Positions 26,602 to 37,179 of a stretch of DNA of 40,218 bases are shown in pieces. How positions within the stretch are numbered: the first letter of the stretch is position 1; each line of letters opens with the position of its first letter. The position numbers were made by a program, and so were the translations under genes. Source of the DNA: a virus (Duplodnaviria; Caudoviricetes); IMG/VR virus record IMGVR_UViG_3300038603_000026, positions 1-40,218 of that record; one strand, written 5' to 3'. A model generated the notes under the pieces. It was not told the origin of the DNA, did no database searches, and was given only the letters and a program-made list of their open reading frames with translations.

Positions 26602-26781
26602 ATGGACATATACACAAAAGCACCACCACCAAACAGTGATGATTTAACCCCAGAAGATGCAAGCATGATATTTACTCTAATGGATGAGGATATAGCGCTT
26701 ATTGATATGCGTTTTAAGCTTGCGATATATGCGCCATTGGCAAAAGGTCAGGTTGATATGCAATTGGAGAGAATGAAGTGA
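26602..26781 (+). CDS. Hypothetical protein (59 aa)
   Basis: AAGGAG RBS; GTGA overlap with the next gene. Confidence 0.6.
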   Translation: MDIYTKAPPPNSDDLTPEDASMIFTLMDEDIALIDMRFKLAIYAPLAKGQVDMQLERMK

Positions 26782-27098
26782 TTAACTATAACGACGCGGA
26801 AAAAGCATTAGAGTTCCTGAAGTCTAGTGACGTAGAGTTTGCTAGGCGTAAATGCCTCTATGAAGGACTGGACGACCAAAAGAAAACGGTTGAGGCAATC
26901 GCATTCATGAACGCAGAAGGAAGCGCAGCAGAGCGAGCACAGAAGGCCAAAGCTGACAATGGATACCAAGACCATATCCAAGCAATTAACGAGGCTAGGA
27001 TTGAGTTTGAGACCATGAGGAACCAAAGGCAGACGGCTGCATTGCAGATTGAAATGTGGCGGTCAGTTAACTCCAACATGAAGAAGGGCAACATCTAA
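26778..27098 (+). CDS. Coiled-coil protein, possibly a UvsY-like recombination mediator
   Basis: All-helical, C-terminal IEMWRS; adjacent to the resolvase. Confidence 0.45.
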   Translation: MINYNDAEKALEFLKSSDVEFARRKCLYEGLDDQKKTVEAIAFMNAEGSAAERAQKAKADNGYQDHIQAINEARIEFETMRNQRQTAALQIEMWRSVNSNMKKGNI

Positions 27099-27538
27099 TG
27101 AGAAACTACGTTATTGGAATCGATCCAGGCTCAACAAAAGGTCATGGTGTGGCTGTTTATCAAGATGGTGAGCTTGTTAATATCAAAATGTCGCAGCTAA
27201 TGCCCCTGTACTCGCTTCTAACCACACTTAAGCAGTCAGGCAATGTGATTGTACACATTGAAGATGTAATGGCTCAGAAGGCTGTATGGCACGGTAAAAA
27301 GCAATCTAAAGCGGCTTACGGTAAAACATCGCAAAACGTTGCTTTGTGCAAGTGGGCGCAAGTTGAGGTTGAGCGCATGTGTGAATACATCGATGTTGAT
27401 GTGGTTAAGCACAGAGTTTCTAGTTGCTGGAAGAAGGATAACGGCAAAGCGCAGTTTGAGAAGGTGACAGGATGGAAAGGCAGAAGCAACGAGGACACAA
27501 GAAGTGCCGCTTACTTTGGATGGCTGGGGTTAAAATGA
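27098..27538 (+). CDS. RuvC-like Holliday junction resolvase
   Basis: VIGIDPG, VHIED, WKK, NEDTRSAA. Confidence 0.85.
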   Translation: MRNYVIGIDPGSTKGHGVAVYQDGELVNIKMSQLMPLYSLLTTLKQSGNVIVHIEDVMAQKAVWHGKKQSKAAYGKTSQNVALCKWAQVEVERMCEYIDVDVVKHRVSSCWKKDNGKAQFEKVTGWKGRSNEDTRSAAYFGWLGLK

Positions 27539-27687
27539 AATACCTAACATGCGAAACCTTTCACGCTAGATTGCACAATTGGTTTTTCTGCTTGGTGAGT
27601 TTGCCTGTCGTGGTTTTGGTGATTGCAAATAATATTTGGCATGTGGATTAAGTGGAGTAAGATTAACTTATCAACTAAGGGGTATGT

Positions 27688-28071
27688 ATGAATTACGAAG
27701 AATTAAAGCCTTGGCAGATTAGCCAGCTAGTTCACAACCAAGTTTCTTGCGATGGTAAGTTTGATGTTACATTTGAAAATCATGGCTGTCAGTGGCGATA
27801 CAAGGAGGGCGCCCTGTCGGATGAGGTTTTTGAATTTACAATGAACGAGGCAAAAGCAAAGGTTAAAAACTACACATCAGACATTAATTTTGCTTGGCCT
27901 ATCATACAAAGCAATGGAATTAGCCTTGTTTACATGGTTGATAGTTGGGAGGCCCATTGGCTAAATCCAGATAAAGGTATGGATGAGGATTTTAGTACAT
28001 CGGATGATGACGCTCTAATTGCAGCAATGATTTGCTTTCTAAAAATGAAGGATGAAGAAAATGATATTTAA
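27688..28071 (+). CDS. ninX: NinX-family protein
   Basis: AWPIIQSNGISL...LIAAMICFL. Confidence 0.75.
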   Translation: MNYEELKPWQISQLVHNQVSCDGKFDVTFENHGCQWRYKEGALSDEVFEFTMNEAKAKVKNYTSDINFAWPIIQSNGISLVYMVDSWEAHWLNPDKGMDEDFSTSDDDALIAAMICFLKMKDEENDI

Positions 28072-28256
28072 GAAATTCCGTGATGATATTGTTAAGAATC
28101 TTCACAATTTGATTCACCATGACCAACCGTTAGAGTTTACGCATCGTAACTTTTTCGGTTGGAAGTTTAAGGTTGTAGCGGTTAAGGATGATGTTAAATG
28201 AAGATGTTACTTAACGCATTATCAGTAGCTGTATTTATCGGTGTGATAATGCTGAT

Positions 28257-28496
28257 TTGTTTGGAGTGGTAAAGATGAGTTTAGATAAGTTTAAACACGG
28301 CAAAGAGTTTATTTGCTCATGGCGTGAAGAAGGTAAGTTTAACGTTCGTATTTGTAAGTATGATGAAGAGTCTGAGTTGTTTTTTCAGCAGGATAAAGAT
28401 GGTCACTTTTTGATTGTGCCTGATGAGAAAAGACTGTTTAGCTTTACTAAGTGTGATGATGGTGATTGTGTGTTTGAGTTTGGGAGAGTTGAGTGA
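28257..28496 (+). CDS. Hypothetical protein
   Basis: ORF with GGAG RBS (likely ATG start at 28275). Confidence 0.55.
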   Translation: MFGVVKMSLDKFKHGKEFICSWREEGKFNVRICKYDEESELFFQQDKDGHFLIVPDEKRLFSFTKCDDGDCVFEFGRVE

Positions 28497-28837
28497 TGAA
28501 TACTGCGCATTTTAAAGAGTCAGAATTCGCGTGTCGATGTTGTGGTGTTACAAAGCCTAATAGTGAGTTGATGGCTGTGTTGCAATTGGTAAGGGTTCAT
28601 TTTAATAAGCCTGTTTCGGTTACATCTAGCTATCGATGTGAGCAACACAATACTAATGTAGGTGGTGCAAAATCATCTAAGCATTTGCTAGGTATTGCTG
28701 CGGACATTCAAGTGAAAGATACAGACCCTATGGAGGTTTATCACTTCCTAGATTCCATATTTCCATCACATTATGGAATTGGCTCATACAAAACATTTAC
28801 TCACATTGATGTTCGCTCATCTAAGGCGAGGTGGTGA
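28493..28837 (+). CDS. Endolysin, peptidase M15A family
   Basis: HFKESEFACRCCG, SSYRC...N..VGGAKSSKHLLGIAADI, FTHIDVR. Confidence 0.92.
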   Translation: MMNTAHFKESEFACRCCGVTKPNSELMAVLQLVRVHFNKPVSVTSSYRCEQHNTNVGGAKSSKHLLGIAADIQVKDTDPMEVYHFLDSIFPSHYGIGSYKTFTHIDVRSSKARW

Positions 28838-28838
28838 T

Positions 28839-29318
28839 ATGGCTTTGCCATTAATTATTAGCGGTCTATCTGCTATTGCTCCAATTGTCGGTAAGATGCT
28901 TGGTGGTGATAAGGGTGAAGAAGCTGCGGAGTATGTGGCTGATATAGCGCGTAACGTTACTGGAATTGGTGATGTTGATAAAGCGGTGGGTGCTATTCAC
29001 ACAGACCCTAAGTTTCGAGCTGAGTTTCTAACGCAACTTAATCAGCATGAAGAAGTTATGACTGGGCTTTATTTGAGCGACCGTAAAGACGCCAGAGAGA
29101 AGCATAAACACTCAATCATGCCATCAGTCATCGTTGTGTCTTTAACGCTTATGGTGGCTGCTATGGGCGCTGCTATGTTCTATTCTGCGATACCTGAAGA
29201 GAATCAGACGCTGGCAAATATCCTTTTTGGTGCTGTATTGGCTAAGTGGGCTGATAGTGTTGCTTACTGGGTTGGCAGTAGCCGCGGCAGTGCTGAGAAG
29301 CAGAAAATGATTCAGTAA
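28839..29318 (+). CDS. Lysis-associated membrane protein (holin-like)
   Basis: Follows the endolysin; DRKDAR, two TM helices, YWVGSSRGS. Confidence 0.7.
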   Translation: MALPLIISGLSAIAPIVGKMLGGDKGEEAAEYVADIARNVTGIGDVDKAVGAIHTDPKFRAEFLTQLNQHEEVMTGLYLSDRKDAREKHKHSIMPSVIVVSLTLMVAAMGAAMFYSAIPEENQTLANILFGAVLAKWADSVAYWVGSSRGSAEKQKMIQ

Positions 29319-29385
29319 CCATCTCGCCAGATTCAGCGAGAAGGCTATCAGAGTTTAAAGCTGATTTGGAAGCCATGTGAAAATT

Positions 29386-29408
29386 CGGCTCTCAGTAGTT
29401 GAGAGCCG
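29386..29408. terminator. Hairpin / terminator between the convergent lysis and tail operons
   Basis: Perfect 9 bp stem cggctctca/tgagagccg. Confidence 0.6.
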
Positions 29409-29564
29409 TGTATGGGTTAATGGGGTTGTTGGTATATCTATCGAGGTTTATTGATAATAAAACAGCACCAACTAAAATGATGACACTAAGTTGCACCATC
29501 TAGCAGGCATGTAATGTTATCTGTATAACAAAAGACTCTGTAACTAAAATAAATATTAATTTAG

Positions 29565-31307
29565 TTACAGAGGATCAACAATAATCATATCTTCAGAATC
29601 GCTTCTGGTTGATATCCCATCAAATGACCACTGAAATTGCGGCGTGTTCACAGGGGTTATTGAGCCGCTAAATACAGCCTGAAGTATTATTTCACCCTTT
29701 ACCGCTCCTGTTGTAGCAAGATCTAATGTTACACCGCCGGTCAGACCTCCAGTTTCACCTATTTTATTAAACTGAAGTGTCATAGCTGCTGTGCCAACTC
29801 CAGAAACTAAAACCTGATAACGTTGTGTTATTAGCGATGAAAAACCACCAGCCACACGACACGCAAACTGAACAGTAACCTCGCCACTCATTACTGGTTG
29901 ATTGTCACTTGATGCATCAATTGTAACCCTAGAGAACTTGAATATATTCCTAATGTTACCAGGGGGGAACTGGGTTGAAATTTTACTTACAACCCTTGTT
30001 GTTCCACTTCCCGTCCCTTCTGAGCCAGAATCCAAACCGTTGCCACTATAACCAGAATACTCTGTAAACTTAGCGTCATCGGCAAACATATTTCTATTTG
30101 AACCCGTCAGCAGGCAGCGACCCTCGCCGTCTCTAAATGTAGTTCCCGCCCCAGCGTTACAACCGGAATATTCCACAATCCCATCTGTTTCCATTCTCTG
30201 TCTTCTGAACCCTGTTGGGTTGCCGTAAGCCCCTGTAAAGTGGCACGCTGAGAATACTGTAGTATTGGTTGAGTTTGTCTCCTTAAATGTATTCAAGTGA
30301 GTTCTCTCAAAGTAGCACCCTTTAAACTCTAAGCCCCTTGGTTGAATTACTTGAATGTGATGCTGTTGTGTTTCTTCATCTGGCGGAATTACTCCGTTAT
30401 TTCCTTCAAATCTAGACCCGTTAAATGTATTGGCCTCCATGTATGTGCAGGTGGATTTAAAGTAATACTCGGAGCATGCAACAAAATGACAGTCATAAAA
30501 GTGATTTGCATTGGCAAAGGCGCCAGTCCACAAAAGACCACCGGATGCTTGGAAAAACCAAACTCTTTTAAATGTACAAATAAGCGGCTGGAACATTTTC
30601 GCACAAACTTGTGACTGACCAGTAATTACAATGTCAGTCATTGTCAGATTGTTCACAGAGCTTGTCACGTTAAAATCAATTCCCGTAACACCCCCTGAAA
30701 CGGTAAAGCCCTTCATCTGTGTGTCTAGCATATTTGCCTGTCCACCTTGAATCAGGACGTTTTGTGTTGTAGATAGACCTTTAAATATTGTTTTACCAGA
30801 CCCTTGACCTTCCAAATTCATGAATGCGTAAATCTTTAATTCATCAACCATAAACTGCCCACTAGGATAGACAACTTTTTGGTTTGAGGTTTGCGCATAA
30901 TCGTGAACGATTTGAATTCTATCAGTGGTATCGTCTGTATCAAGAGTGCCTACCTTCATACCGCCTTTAGCAGCGTTTATTGATTTGCCTTTTAAATTGG
31001 CCTCTATGTAAGTATTTGCATCTATACTAAATATGCTAAATCCATCATCAGAATGTGACCCAAACCTTAAAACTCCCCAATTTGAACCACCATCAGATCT
31101 ATCATAATAACCAAGCCATTCAACTCTTGACCCATCATTTAAAGATGATAGATCAATAAGTTTTCCATCATTTAGCTTTCCAGACTTAAGGTTTGCTATA
31201 TTTTCAAATGTTAAAGAAGAATATCCAGATATTGATTCTGGTAGTGATGAAACAGTATCATGTATAGCCTCAATCTCAGGCCCCGTTCTTGTAAATGCGT
31301 ATGTCAT
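29565..31307 (-). CDS. Tailspike / receptor-binding protein with beta-helix (pectate-lyase-like) domain
   Basis: Last tail gene; DDTTDRIQ...VVYPSGQF...LEGQG beta-helix start; Asn/Phe/Cys-rich repeats. Confidence 0.8.
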   Translation of the reverse strand: MTYAFTRTGPEIEAIHDTVSSLPESISGYSSLTFENIANLKSGKLNDGKLIDLSSLNDGSRVEWLGYYDRSDGGSNWGVLRFGSHSDDGFSIFSIDANTYIEANLKGKSINAAKGGMKVGTLDTDDTTDRIQIVHDYAQTSNQKVVYPSGQFMVDELKIYAFMNLEGQGSGKTIFKGLSTTQNVLIQGGQANMLDTQMKGFTVSGGVTGIDFNVTSSVNNLTMTDIVITGQSQVCAKMFQPLICTFKRVWFFQASGGLLWTGAFANANHFYDCHFVACSEYYFKSTCTYMEANTFNGSRFEGNNGVIPPDEETQQHHIQVIQPRGLEFKGCYFERTHLNTFKETNSTNTTVFSACHFTGAYGNPTGFRRQRMETDGIVEYSGCNAGAGTTFRDGEGRCLLTGSNRNMFADDAKFTEYSGYSGNGLDSGSEGTGSGTTRVVSKISTQFPPGNIRNIFKFSRVTIDASSDNQPVMSGEVTVQFACRVAGGFSSLITQRYQVLVSGVGTAAMTLQFNKIGETGGLTGGVTLDLATTGAVKGEIILQAVFSGSITPVNTPQFQWSFDGISTRSDSEDMIIVDPL

Positions 31308-31316
31308 TTCATTTCC

Positions 31317-33863
31317 TTAAGAATCAATTAGAGTGTAATCAACGCCGTCAACTGATCGGCCTGGTTTGAATTTGCTGGATTCTGAAGCTAAATTATAAAC
31401 CTTTATGTCAAGAGGGTCTAACGCGCCTGATACAGAGAAGCCAGCCAGTCCAGCTCCGCCACTTTGATGAAGAGTTATTTCCCTATCGCCTGACGCAGTT
31501 GCATTGCTTGTTGAAGGATCGGAATTTGAACTGCTACCTCCACTACCTGATAATGCAGAAATGTAAACATCAGCAACTGTTGTCGTGCCATTTTGATAGC
31601 TATATGAATTACCCACACCATTACCACCATTTGTCTCACTGCCATCTAATCCGGAAGATAAATGCGTGTATTTTTTATGATATTCTGGCTGTACGCTTCT
31701 GTCGTCATTTGTAGCTAAGCCATTGATTCCATTTGGTATGCCGTTACCTCCAGAGCCTGATGATGATATTGAAGCGCTGACTGATTCAATACTTTCACCA
31801 TTGGGTAGCACTACGTTAGCATAGGAATAAGCAACAGCCCCACCAGAACCACCGCCTGATGAAATTAAAGATGAACTAGCATTGTACAAGCCAACAGAGT
31901 AGTTGAGATATATTTCTGTCTTTATTCCATTTGAATCATAGCTATTATACCCATCACCACCGCTTGGTGTTGTCGCTTGAGGTGAGTCCCACAAATCATT
32001 TACAAACAAGTAAGAATCAGCACCATCACCACCTTTGGCGCTCCAAAATGTGTCATTAATGCAGATAATTCTAATCCTGCTATCAGGATGCCACGCGCCA
32101 GCCCTTACAGATGTCAACCAAGTCCCAGCCTCTTCAGCTGATCCAATTTCACAACCATCAAAAATAAAAGTGTAATTTAGAGGTATATTAGTTGGAGCAC
32201 CTACGTAAGTAGCTAGATTTATTGAACGAATACTGCCGGTTATGGTAACAAATTGCTCTTCATTAGGGTTCGTTGCAAAAAGAGGAGTGTAAGCAAGTGC
32301 ATTAACCGTGTATTGTCGGCCTGGTTTTTTATTTACTGGCTGCAACTTAAGAATCTGCAATCTATCGTCGCTTGTTAGGATAGCACCAGATGGTGATTGC
32401 TTATCAACACTTAGCACACTTACAACATCACCAATCCTTAAGTCTTTAACCTTTCGCTCTTCCATTTTAAATGTCACTTCGCGAGGTGTATCAGAGTAGC
32501 GCTGAATATAGCGAGATGTTAGCCGTAGAGCAGAATCACCACTTAACCACTGAACAGGGTCAAACTCTTTAAGCTTAACCGATCCGTAAAAGTCTGAGGT
32601 TTCCGATTCAACATCACTAGAGCTAATTAATCTTGAATAGTTTGTTGGATCGTCATTCTCCGCTTGAAATGCTTTACCGGCAAGAATGTAAGCGCGACTA
32701 AATCTGGTATTATCCTTGGTTGTTACCTTGTACTCCTGAACGTCATCACCCTCAACTAAGCTAGCCTTTGGTTGCTTCCAGTTGCTATTGGTTGATACAA
32801 AAGCTTTTTGTGTATCTTGGTCTAGCCACATATCAACCAAGAATGCTTGCAATAGGTCATCAACCAAATCACTTGCATCTGTAGGCTCTGACATAATGCC
32901 CCACAATAGAGCGTCACCATCCCACTGTGTGATGTCATCATTCCACTGAGTGTAATCAACAAACGCACCAAGCCCAACAGCATTAAAGATAGCCTCAAGC
33001 GTGTCAGCTAAAGGTTCACCATCAAGTAACCTGGATGGTTGAAGCGTTGAATCAGCTGAGTGAGTTTCAGCTTCAGACCTGTAAAGAATACGACCATCAA
33101 TAGATGATGTTCGAGTGTGCCCGCGAGGGTCTACAGTAATATCATTACCAGCAACAGAAGCAACACGGAATAGCTCACCGTCAATTCTAAAATAAGTGTT
33201 TGCAGGGAAATCAGTCGCATCACTAATGGTAAAGGTTGTTTGACTTGCATCAATATCAGCTGTCAAAGTCACCTCGCCTGGTATTGGGTATTGCTGAGAA
33301 AAAGCCTCTAAGTCCTTAAGAGCGTCTTTAGCATTTAATGTGAACACTCCTGCGCTTAATGCTGCATTTGTCACGTAGTGCGTCTCTGTGCGAACTTCCA
33401 CAGGTGTTTCGCCATCATTACCAATTGCATAGTAATGGGTGATTATCTTTTTACCCTCAAGCACGTTTCTAGCCATGAGCTTACCAAACAAGGTTCCCTG
33501 CTCGGTAAACTCAATAGGGCCCGGATCACCCTCAATGTCTGTAGCAGTGAATGACATTGTTCCTCGACTAGCTAAACCGCCAGCCTTAGCTTGGGATGTT
33601 GTAACGCTAGCTTTTGAAATGCATCGCCAAATTGTAGAGTTAAGCCTACTCTTTCCTGCAATTGCTTGTGATGGTGGAGCTACAAAAGGCGCGTTATCAT
33701 GCGTAAAGAATAGAGAATACTCGGCATCGCTAGATTCAACACACAAGGGCGGCGTGTACCAAGTTCCATCTACATTTTCACGAGGCGTGCATACCGTGCA
33801 ATACGGAAGCACTAACTCATAAATAACATAATGTGACTGTGAGAAATCTTGTAAATAAGCCAT
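31317..33863 (-). CDS. Tail tip / baseplate hub protein
   Basis: 848 aa after the distal tail gene; IDGELF...RG motif, Gly/Ser-rich C-terminus. Confidence 0.75.
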   Translation of the reverse strand: MAYLQDFSQSHYVIYELVLPYCTVCTPRENVDGTWYTPPLCVESSDAEYSLFFTHDNAPFVAPPSQAIAGKSRLNSTIWRCISKASVTTSQAKAGGLASRGTMSFTATDIEGDPGPIEFTEQGTLFGKLMARNVLEGKKIITHYYAIGNDGETPVEVRTETHYVTNAALSAGVFTLNAKDALKDLEAFSQQYPIPGEVTLTADIDASQTTFTISDATDFPANTYFRIDGELFRVASVAGNDITVDPRGHTRTSSIDGRILYRSEAETHSADSTLQPSRLLDGEPLADTLEAIFNAVGLGAFVDYTQWNDDITQWDGDALLWGIMSEPTDASDLVDDLLQAFLVDMWLDQDTQKAFVSTNSNWKQPKASLVEGDDVQEYKVTTKDNTRFSRAYILAGKAFQAENDDPTNYSRLISSSDVESETSDFYGSVKLKEFDPVQWLSGDSALRLTSRYIQRYSDTPREVTFKMEERKVKDLRIGDVVSVLSVDKQSPSGAILTSDDRLQILKLQPVNKKPGRQYTVNALAYTPLFATNPNEEQFVTITGSIRSINLATYVGAPTNIPLNYTFIFDGCEIGSAEEAGTWLTSVRAGAWHPDSRIRIICINDTFWSAKGGDGADSYLFVNDLWDSPQATTPSGGDGYNSYDSNGIKTEIYLNYSVGLYNASSSLISSGGGSGGAVAYSYANVVLPNGESIESVSASISSSGSGGNGIPNGINGLATNDDRSVQPEYHKKYTHLSSGLDGSETNGGNGVGNSYSYQNGTTTVADVYISALSGSGGSSSNSDPSTSNATASGDREITLHQSGGAGLAGFSVSGALDPLDIKVYNLASESSKFKPGRSVDGVDYTLIDS

Positions 33864-34675
33864 TAAAGCACCGTGTTAGAGAATGCGTTAAACGTAAATT
33901 GAGATGCACCAAGCAATCTAGTTTGAGGGTGTGCTTTTGTCTGCATACCGCTAGTAGCAAACCCTGCATAACTGTGAAACTTGTTATCATCCTCAAGCAC
34001 GTAGAACGTATTGCGTGATGTGAACTTAAGCATATTGTACCACCCTGCATCATAATCAGACATAAGGTTATTTGGCACTGTTAACGTGCAGGTTTGAACC
34101 GTACCTTCATAAACAAAGTTAACCGGAGCGCCATCAAGACCAGTTGCTGAACGAGTCTTAATATTTGGAACTGCCCAAGCTCGGTTGTATCCTGATTGCT
34201 CACCCCTTGGTACTTCATAAATTGAACCCATAGCAATTTCAGATATGTAAATTTCACCCTGACCATAGATAATAACCTCAATCTCTTGAGTGTCTCTAAG
34301 TTCTGCTTTGTAAACCATTACGCGCGATTCAGTTAATCCAAGTTGAGAATCATCAACTGTGCCGGTTGCAGGGGCAAAAAGCTGATCGCCGTTTGAATCG
34401 AACAATAAATTTCCCAAAGAATCAGAAAGCGGCACTGGCTCTAGTGATGTAATAACAATTCTATCTTTGCGAGATATGTTAGTTCCACCCAAAGCAATGT
34501 AATCAATATTCTGAGGTGTTGAGAAGGCAAACTTAATTGATAACTGACCGCTTAAGGTTGCTCGATAAGTGGAGGAATAATCACCATCAGTAATAACGTT
34601 AATGTCTTGAGTTACTGACTCTGGAGTGTCTGTAATTGTTGCCGTCGGAGCGACATTTGATGTGCTAATAATCAT
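33863..34675 (-). CDS. Distal tail protein (Dit-like)
   Basis: Position directly after the tape measure gene. Confidence 0.6.
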   Translation of the reverse strand: MIISTSNVAPTATITDTPESVTQDINVITDGDYSSTYRATLSGQLSIKFAFSTPQNIDYIALGGTNISRKDRIVITSLEPVPLSDSLGNLLFDSNGDQLFAPATGTVDDSQLGLTESRVMVYKAELRDTQEIEVIIYGQGEIYISEIAMGSIYEVPRGEQSGYNRAWAVPNIKTRSATGLDGAPVNFVYEGTVQTCTLTVPNNLMSDYDAGWYNMLKFTSRNTFYVLEDDNKFHSYAGFATSGMQTKAHPQTRLLGASQFTFNAFSNTVL

Positions 34676-36549
34676 TATGTTAACCCATTCTGTTTTGCCA
34701 CGCCTATAGACCTATTTAGGAATGCACCAAGCTCGCCCAGATCTCCATCTTCGCTAAATTCAATGGTAAATGTCTGATTTGCATTGCTTAGGTCTGTGTT
34801 TTGAGCTTGTAGTGTTGGTGGAGTATCGTCAACTTGCTCAGCAGGAACAGAAGTAGACGCAGACCCACCTCCTTTGGACGCACTTTGGATTGCAGCTAAT
34901 TGAGCAACACCAGTTGCAGCAATAGAAGCTGAAGCAGCCAATGCAGCAGGATAAGGCAATTCAGCAAAAGCTTTAGAAATACCGGCAGCAGTATCAACAA
35001 CAACTAGACCAGCCTTTACAGCCTTGTTGTCCTCGAAGAGTGCGTTGCCAGTTGTAATTGCAGCGTCTAGATAAGCCTCTTCAGACTTAGACTTATCTTT
35101 ATTTCCTTTCTCAATTGCGTCTACGTTTTCTTTGTCTATCTGACCTTGTTGCTTAAGAATGTCAGCATAGTAAGCGTTTTGTTCATCTAACCTTTCTTGG
35201 TCACGCGCCGCCGCTTCATCTTTAAGCTCTTGAGATGCTGCTAGATACTCTTGTTCAAGTTGCAATAAAAGCTCATTGTTACCAGCTGCAATTTCACGCT
35301 CTTTCTCGTACTTTTCTAAAAGCAGTTGCTCTTCAGTCTTGAATCTATCCAGTAGCGCCTGTAATTCTGCATCAGCATCTTGAGTTGATACAGTTCCAAC
35401 AGTCGCACCGATAGCGCCACCTTGACCTTTGGCTGCGTCTGCAATCTTTTGTTGCTGCTCTAAAGCCTTGTCTCGCTGTTGAATCAATTCCTCTTGGCGT
35501 TGAATCTCTTCCTGAAGCTCTGCATTAATTCTAGCTTTGTTTGCAATCTCATCTTGCTCAGCACTTATGTAGCCATTTGACTTTCCGACATACTCGTCAC
35601 GTTTTCGTGTAAGCTCTTCAACTTTTACCGCTTGCTCATCAATAAGTCGATTGAGCGAATCAACGTTTTCGATATTCTCAGCATTGCGGAACGTGTTGAT
35701 GAAGTCGACAATAACTTGAGTCGCACCAGGTACAACATCGATAACGCCATTAAAGAACTCATTTAACGCCGGAGCTAGCTGTGCCGCAATAAGCTTGGTT
35801 GCATTACCTAGTGACTCTGTAAGTAAGTCAAAGCTAGTTGCAGCATCAAGAAGTCCTTCGGCTTCAGCCTGTGTGATAGATAGAGCTGCGTTAGCTTCGT
35901 TGTACCTAGATGTTAAGGTTTGCAGCTCCTTGCCATTCTCGGCGAATAGGGGGGTTAATCTAGATAGGTCTGAGCCCAAAGCCTCGAATACAAAAGTAGT
36001 TTCATTTGCGCTTGCACCGGCTGCTTCTAGCTCATTAGCGATATTCTGAATTACTTGCTGTGATGATAGGTCTTGCCACTCAGCTGCTAAAGCCTGAGCT
36101 TCCTCAGTGGTTTTACCTGTCACATCCGCAAAGTCTTGAAATGCTCCCGTCCCAACAGATGCAAACTCCCCCAACTTGTCAGAAAGGTCTTTTGAGATAT
36201 CTGCAATTTGCTCAGCTGTAATTCCATACTGTCTTGTGGCAAATGCTAGAGCTTCAAAATCACCAGTTGCCAACTTGGTTTGCTTGGATAAAGACTGTAA
36301 CTCTTGCTCACCCTTTGCGGATAAAGTGATCATAGTTGTGAGAGCAGCACCAACAGCAATAGCAGCTTTTGACAAACCAAAAAGGCCAACATCTACAGTT
36401 TTTGTACTTTTCTCAAACTTAATTAGCGAGTTGTCAGCCTTTTTGGTTACCTTGCTAGTTTCGTTAAGATTTTTGTTTGTTTTGCTAAGGCTTTTATCGA
36501 GGCTTGACGTGTCACCTTGCAATTTTACTATGAGGTTCTCAGTTGTCAT
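34675..36549 (-). CDS. Tail tape measure protein
   Basis: 624 aa, Ala-rich helical, ENLIVKLQGDT N-terminus. Confidence 0.9.
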   Translation of the reverse strand: MTTENLIVKLQGDTSSLDKSLSKTNKNLNETSKVTKKADNSLIKFEKSTKTVDVGLFGLSKAAIAVGAALTTMITLSAKGEQELQSLSKQTKLATGDFEALAFATRQYGITAEQIADISKDLSDKLGEFASVGTGAFQDFADVTGKTTEEAQALAAEWQDLSSQQVIQNIANELEAAGASANETTFVFEALGSDLSRLTPLFAENGKELQTLTSRYNEANAALSITQAEAEGLLDAATSFDLLTESLGNATKLIAAQLAPALNEFFNGVIDVVPGATQVIVDFINTFRNAENIENVDSLNRLIDEQAVKVEELTRKRDEYVGKSNGYISAEQDEIANKARINAELQEEIQRQEELIQQRDKALEQQQKIADAAKGQGGAIGATVGTVSTQDADAELQALLDRFKTEEQLLLEKYEKEREIAAGNNELLLQLEQEYLAASQELKDEAAARDQERLDEQNAYYADILKQQGQIDKENVDAIEKGNKDKSKSEEAYLDAAITTGNALFEDNKAVKAGLVVVDTAAGISKAFAELPYPAALAASASIAATGVAQLAAIQSASKGGGSASTSVPAEQVDDTPPTLQAQNTDLSNANQTFTIEFSEDGDLGELGAFLNRSIGVAKQNGLT

Positions 36550-36776
36550 ACAAGATACTCTTCAGGTGCGCCGTTAAGTTTACGCGCCATATTTGTCATG
36601 CCGTGCAAATCTTTAGGTGGTTTAAAGTCAACAAGATAAAGAGCGTCTGTAATAGACATTTTCCAAACCTCACTTGGTGCGATATTTTCTGTTTTCACAA
36701 GCATCTGCCACCACTCCATAAAGTTAAAAGTTGAAGGCTCAACCCGTGTTACTGGAGCAGGGCTAAATCCTTTTTT
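36546..36776 (-). CDS. Tail assembly chaperone, -1 frameshift extension (gpGT-like)
   Basis: A AAA AAG slippery site at 36776-36770; the -1 frame is open to a TGA overlapping the TMP ATG; IAPSEVWKM motif. Confidence 0.85.
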   Translation of the reverse strand, partial: KKGFSPAPVTRVEPSTFNFMEWWQMLVKTENIAPSEVWKMSITDALYLVDFKPPKDLHGMTNMARKLNGAPEEYLV

Positions 36777-37171
36777 TCTTCTGTCATGCCTCGCTTAGCA
36801 TCAAGAAACTCCTTGCCAACACTAGCAATTACAACCTGAATTGGTTCATTCTTGCCATTTAGCTTAAGGTCACTAAAGTACTCAGTCTTTGTGCAAGCAT
36901 CCCAAATCTCATCGATAGTGACATTCTTATGGTGCTTTTTAGCTAGGATGTACAAAGCGTGGCAGCAATCGATATTGCTAAACTCGGAAGTTAAACCAAT
37001 AACAACATCACCAACGCTTGCACTTTCCTGATAAAGCTTATGGAACTTGTAGTAACACTGGCAAAGGAAGTTTAGGAGACACTTACCTGTCTCACGGTGA
37101 AAATCTTTAGTGTCCTGAAATGTAATTTCACCAAAGTCATAATCTTTGTAACACAGAGTAAATGTAGCCAT
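36749..37171 (-). CDS. Tail assembly chaperone (gpG-like)
   Basis: Between tail tube and TMP genes; ends EEKK at the slippery site. Confidence 0.8.
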   Translation of the reverse strand: MATFTLCYKDYDFGEITFQDTKDFHRETGKCLLNFLCQCYYKFHKLYQESASVGDVVIGLTSEFSNIDCCHALYILAKKHHKNVTIDEIWDACTKTEYFSDLKLNGKNEPIQVVIASVGKEFLDAKRGMTEEKKDLALLQ

Positions 37172-37179
37172 GATCCACC

